The position numbers and the translations under genes are program-made. From contig CAJINV010000003.1 in assembly GCA_905178155.1 (NCBI GenBank), forward strand, positions 3,148,260 to 3,212,259: 64,000 nucleotides of DNA, written 5' to 3'. Positions 59,536 to 64,000 of the stretch are shown one piece after another (positions within the stretch are counted from its first letter, which is position 1; each line of letters starts with the position of its first letter). This DNA comes from Amoebophrya sp. A120. Lineage: Eukaryota > Protista > Dinoflagellata. The notes under the pieces were generated by a model. The model ran no database searches. It saw nothing but the letters and a program-made list of their open reading frames with translations, and was not told the DNA's origin.

Positions 59536-60797
59536 ATGGTTCCGCTACCTCGGCTTCTCGACGCCGCTGCGCTCGTGATTGCCGTTCTCCGGCAATCGTG
59601 TGTGATCCAGGAGAACGGTGCGACGCCTTCGGTGTCCTTCCTGCAGAATCACAGTACCGTGTGCGTCCATACGGATAACCCGCTACTGCAACAAGGTATG
59701 AAGTTGTTTCATTTGCTGTGTGTTTCTCGATTCATTGTAATGTTGCAGTCCCGTATATGAGTAACTGTTTCTTGAGCATGCAGCAGAAAACGAAAACGTT
59801 TTTCTCTATGATGTGACAGTGCCTTGGGAATCCGTACTAGAAGTAGTAACCTTCTCAACCCCAGGAACGCGCCTAGCGACCAAAATTTGTTGAACTCAAA
59901 CACAATAGGTCCGCGCGATGCGCGGTTCAGCACTGTGTCCCCCAGCTTGTTGAAGGTTGCCTCAGCACTTTTGACGACAGCGTCCACCACCACCCCGTTG
60001 TCTTGGTCGACAGCCACTACGCTTTCCCCGGTCACTTCTTCGGTTTGGACTGCCAGCCAGCACCGCAACCCCGTAGCCACCGAGGAGCACGCACTGGAAA
60101 CCTCCATGCGGTACCTGCGGGGCCTGCCTATGTCGCGGCCGAGTGACTGGTTCCTGCGCCCCGACCGATTTGAAGCTGATCTGCGTGGACTAGTTCGGCT
60201 GTTGCAAGACGGCGTGGAGTCGGATACTGGAGTGAATTTGCTGCGGAAGACCCGACTTGCGACGGTATTCGGCTGCAGCTCTTTTCTGGATAGTTTGTTG
60301 TTCTTTTCTGGCATAGTTTTACGTTCCGAGCTTCGAAGGAGACAAGTTGAACCAAAGAGCGGTAACCTCGTCGCTTTCCCGACAGCAGATTCGCGTTGTG
60401 ATCATGTGTGCGCTCGGTATCAATACACGAATGTTATCGTATTCCGCTTCTTTCTGAATCTGATATTCAGGTACACGACACTGCCGACGCGCGCGTGACC
60501 TTGATCCGCAAAGACACGCCGCCACAGACCCGGTGTATGGGTGAGTGCGCCATTGGTGCGATCGCCGTGTACTGGGCGTGTGCCCTGGAGTGTGTGCACA
60601 AACTGGCCCCCAATAGCTGCATCACGACGGTGTGCCAGGGCGTGACGGCGGGCGCAGAGGCGAGTTGCCTGAAGTACTGCAAGGATCACTACCCGGATCC
60701 CTACCCAATCGACACAACGACGGTCACGACAACGGCATCAAGAACCGAAGGCACAACCAGTGCCGCGCAGGTCGACGAGGACGCAATGGTAGTCTAG
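59536..60797 (+). CDS. Hypothetical secreted Thr-rich/Cys-rich protein
   Basis: Exons 59536-59695, 59909-60264, 60471-60797 join in frame; signal-like N-terminus; 8-Cys domain CMGEC..WACALEC..SC..VC..SCLKYC. Confidence 0.55.
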
Positions 60798-61169
60798 AGG
60801 TCGTAGTTCCATCGGTAGAGGCGCTTCGTAAGAGGTTAAATATCCGAAATCTGTATGGCAACTCAGTAGGTAGTAGATAAGGCACTTCAACAGAGCACGT
60901 GTCATGACGAAATGCAGACCGTGTCTCTGAGTGAATCCACTAGAGAATACAGGATGTGTCAGCCCTTCCTTTTGCACTCGACAGATTGCTTTCCTTCGCA
61001 GGAGTCGCATCGGTTGGGCGATTGGAGTGGGCTGAAAAGTGTACATAGACTATATTTGTGTATTGGTCGTTTGCTCTTTGTCACCGGTATACGTTCACTA
61101 CTTCTGCCGCAGGAAAGTGTTGCCCTGCTGTAAAAACATTCTGGACACTCCAAAAATGAAGAAAGTGGT

Positions 61170-62735
61170 CTTTCTAGAACTTTCCTGATGTGTTGCTGCG
61201 GCAGCGGAGCTCACTACTACTGCCGCTGCGGCTTCGCGATTGGGTTGGAACATGAAGGGATCCTCTTCTCATCCAGGGGCAGGCTTCGTTACGATTTGTT
61301 GTTCGCACTAGGCGAGGTCGTTCTCGTTCCTAGAACATTTGTTAGCAGATATTTATGGCGGAAATCTCCAGAGGAGAGTTGCTTTCTTGTGTAGCGTTCT
61401 ATGTAGAAATTATCTTGTTTGCATTGCCTTTTCTAACCTTGCAGTTATGTTAGCCAAACCTATCTTTTTCTTGTGCTTTCTATCTCGATGTGCATGTGCG
61501 TTGGAATTGCTCGGAAATTGCAGCAGTAGCAGACCGACTTGCGCGATGGATCGCAGGCCGACTTGAAGTCGAAGGATGCCCACTTATTTCTCGACTAGGT
61601 CGAAATTGCAAAGGGAGACCTTCGTAAGGCTGCCATGTGTCTTATAGGACCCAGCACGCTATCACTATCGGCAACTCTTTGTGTACGTAAATGCATTCGA
61701 TAGGGACGCACTGCAGCTGTTGGCCTTCAATGCATCGCACCACAGCCAAGGTGGAGGGGCGCAGCTGCAAATGTTGCTGCCCCGGAGAGTGATACAGCGA
61801 CCCAATTATAACACGGACGCACTTAATATCAGATTGCGTACGCGCAGTGACTTCTCGTAGAGCGCTAGTTCCTAGAACACGCAATATCTGAGCGTCAATT
61901 GCGGAGGGGCATTCCGTTAAGCCCCGTTTCCTAGAAGCCGCAACGTGTTGTAAGTAACAAGAGTCGCAGTGGTGTCAGTATCTATCAGCTCTGAGAACAG
62001 ACCGAACCTCAGCTGCCTACTAGAAACCTCGCCAGCGCTGCCGCTTACAGAAATGTAGCAGGTCCTTCTAGTGCAACTCTTCTGGTGTGTCGCTGCGGCA
62101 GCGTCGTTCATCACGCCGCTGCGGCTTCGCAACTGGAATGGAAGCTGAAAGGAGCCTCTACGTGTCGAGTTGCGGGCGTTGGTATGATTGTGTTGGCAGT
62201 AGAAGAGGTCGCTCCAAGAACATAGCAGATGTGTGAGGTCTATATTTCCAGAGGAGAGTGTCTAGCACGTGCTCGAAGCTAGTCTTTTTGCTGCCATATT
62301 TCTTGTTTTTTTGCTGCTATGCACTTGCAGAAACTTCTTATCTCGTTATCTTTCAAACGTATCGCTTCGTTTTGCCTCAAAACCACCTTCTTTTTGTCTG
62401 TATTTCCTCAAACTTTTCTTTCTATCGCTCTGTAATGTGGCACTGTGGGGCAACTGCAGCAGACCAACTCGCGCTGCATCGGGAACTATTTGTGTAAATG
62501 CGAGCGCTGGGGTCGGGCTGTGACGGTTGTCTCTCAATGCATTGCAGTGCCTCAAAGGAGCAGGGGTGTATTTGCAAGAATTTGCAAGAACCCCCCTAGA
62601 TCTATCAAGCGCTCCAATTACACAAATGTGTTTGATATCGTGATCTCCCAAAATAGGGAACGTGCGTTGCACTTTCGCGCTAGAAGCCGCAGCATATAAG
62701 AAGCAGCGAAAGCCGCACTGCTATCAATAGCGACC
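61170..62735. repeat. Diverged non-coding tandem duplication (copy 1 ~61170-61985, copy 2 ~62065-62735)
   Basis: Collinear shared blocks GCTGCGGCAGCG..GCCGCTGCGGCTTCGC, TCCAGAGGAGAGT, GCAGACC.ACT, TTTGTGTA, TCAATGCAT, CCAATTA, CTAGAAGCCGCA. Confidence 0.7.
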
Positions 62736-63276
62736 ATTTTCTAGAACAACAACAAGTACTCGTAACATAGCCACCGCAATGTTTTTATCGTGCTCGCGCG
62801 CGACTGCTCATGTCAGTTCTTTTTTGCCATTCGGATTTTGACCTGACAGTGCACCGCCTGTGGTCAACAGACACTGCCAAGGTCTTCGTGCACCTTGCCC
62901 CCTCTATTAGAAAATGAAAATCGGCGGACGGTTCCGGCCTGACCCGGACAAGAAACGACTTCGCTACGCTATGCCCCAAGTAGCATTTCTGCAGTCTGGC
63001 GCGTGTTCTGTCTCTCATGGAAAGTTGGTGACAATACAAGGAATTCTTTGCCCAGGATGCCGGAGAGAAGCAGGAGTGAGTCCATTTCCGCAAAGACAAA
63101 TCGGCGTGACTTTGGTATCTAGGGTGGATGGTAAGTCACGGACAAAGTAGGTTCTTGCGAGACGCAAATAGATAGGCACATGCACAGCCACTGTTACATC
63201 GAAAACAAGTCTCTACCAGTCTGATAAGGCTACGCGGCGATTATGCTACCATTGACATAGACACGCACTACCCAAG

Positions 63277-64000
63277 ATGGCAACCTCCGCTGACGGCCCG
63301 GCGCGGAACGAGCAGGGTTCCCATCCAGTGCGCCTTCCGCCGGTGCAGCTGGAGCTCTTCCTCGCAGAGGATGGAGAATCACGCGTAGTGTCACATGCGG
63401 AGCTCGTCGAGAACGGCCTGCTGTGGTCGAAACGTACCCAAGCGTCCCGCGTGGGCTACCACCCGACCCCTGACGAAGGCGCATACATTCACGTGGCGCG
63501 GCTCAAGGAATATTTGTTCCAAACGCTTGGAGGTGAGCGTGAGGACGCCAAGACCGCGGACGAGATTCCCCGAACGCTCGACGAGATTCGGAAGCGTGAT
63601 CCGCGGCGGATACAGATGACGCGAGTTGGCGTGCCCCTTGAAACTACCGGGCTCAACAAGACGCAGTTCTTGCCACCGATAGCTAAAAGTACCACTAGAG
63701 GAAGTCCACCTGGCTCCGGGTCAGCCTCGCCATCGGGGAGAACCACCTCGGTGTTGAGGCGCGGCTACGACGACAGGTTTGCCGCAAGTGCCGTCACAGC
63801 CGCGAGTTACCTTCAGGTGGAGTCCGTTAATTTTCCGGGAAAGAAATGGATTCCCAGTGCAAGGTTCCTGGATCTGCGGTTTCACCCTGCAACGCATTTC
63901 CGTGACCTGGGTAAAGAATTTCATCTCTCCATCCCTGTTGCGGACCGGGAGTTTTTGTTCATTCCACAGCTGCGACCCAAGACTATGAAGGTACAGAATT
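63277..64000 (+). CDS. Hypothetical protein, 5' part only (open to the window end)
   Basis: ATG at 63277 starts MATSADGPARNEQGSHPVRLPPVQLELFLAEDG..., with no stop for 241 codons; absent from the ORF track because it has no stop. Confidence 0.6.
   Translation, partial: MATSADGPARNEQGSHPVRLPPVQLELFLAEDGESRVVSHAELVENGLLWSKRTQASRVGYHPTPDEGAYIHVARLKEYLFQTLGGEREDAKTADEIPRTLDEIRKRDPRRIQMTRVGVPLETTGLNKTQFLPPIAKSTTRGSPPGSGSASPSGRTTSVLRRGYDDRFAASAVTAASYLQVESVNFPGKKWIPSARFLDLRFHPATHFRDLGKEFHLSIPVADREFLFIPQLRPKTMKVQN

Overview
This is eukaryotic genomic DNA with about 17 protein-coding genes, all on the + strand. It carries canonical GT-AG introns plus 11 non-canonical, transposon-like 'introner' introns. 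The introners run TAT...ATA (one ends ATG), have terminal inverted repeats and 5-bp direct repeats, and their precise removal restores every interrupted reading frame. This architecture, together with an alveolate MAP-2-type kinase, points to a syndinian dinoflagellate such as Amoebophrya (inference, not a database hit). The main gene-level finding is a ~3,090-aa single-intron gene fusing a cellular RNA-dependent RNA polymerase, a long coiled coil, a complete DEAH/RHA helicase and C-terminal RING/IBR-like zinc fingers; a Pol-beta-type nucleotidyltransferase gene lies ~4.3 kb downstream, possibly forming an RNA-silencing/defence module. Other unusual genes are a ~3,090-aa polycystin-2-like channel with a huge adhesive S1-S2 ectodomain and six introners, an SLC25 carrier fused to a cytidylyltransferase-like domain, and an LRR-HlyIII/PAQR fusion. 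Canonical donors are almost all GTAY, matching the introner N-TAT 5' ends. All gene models were built by eye and have no transcript support.
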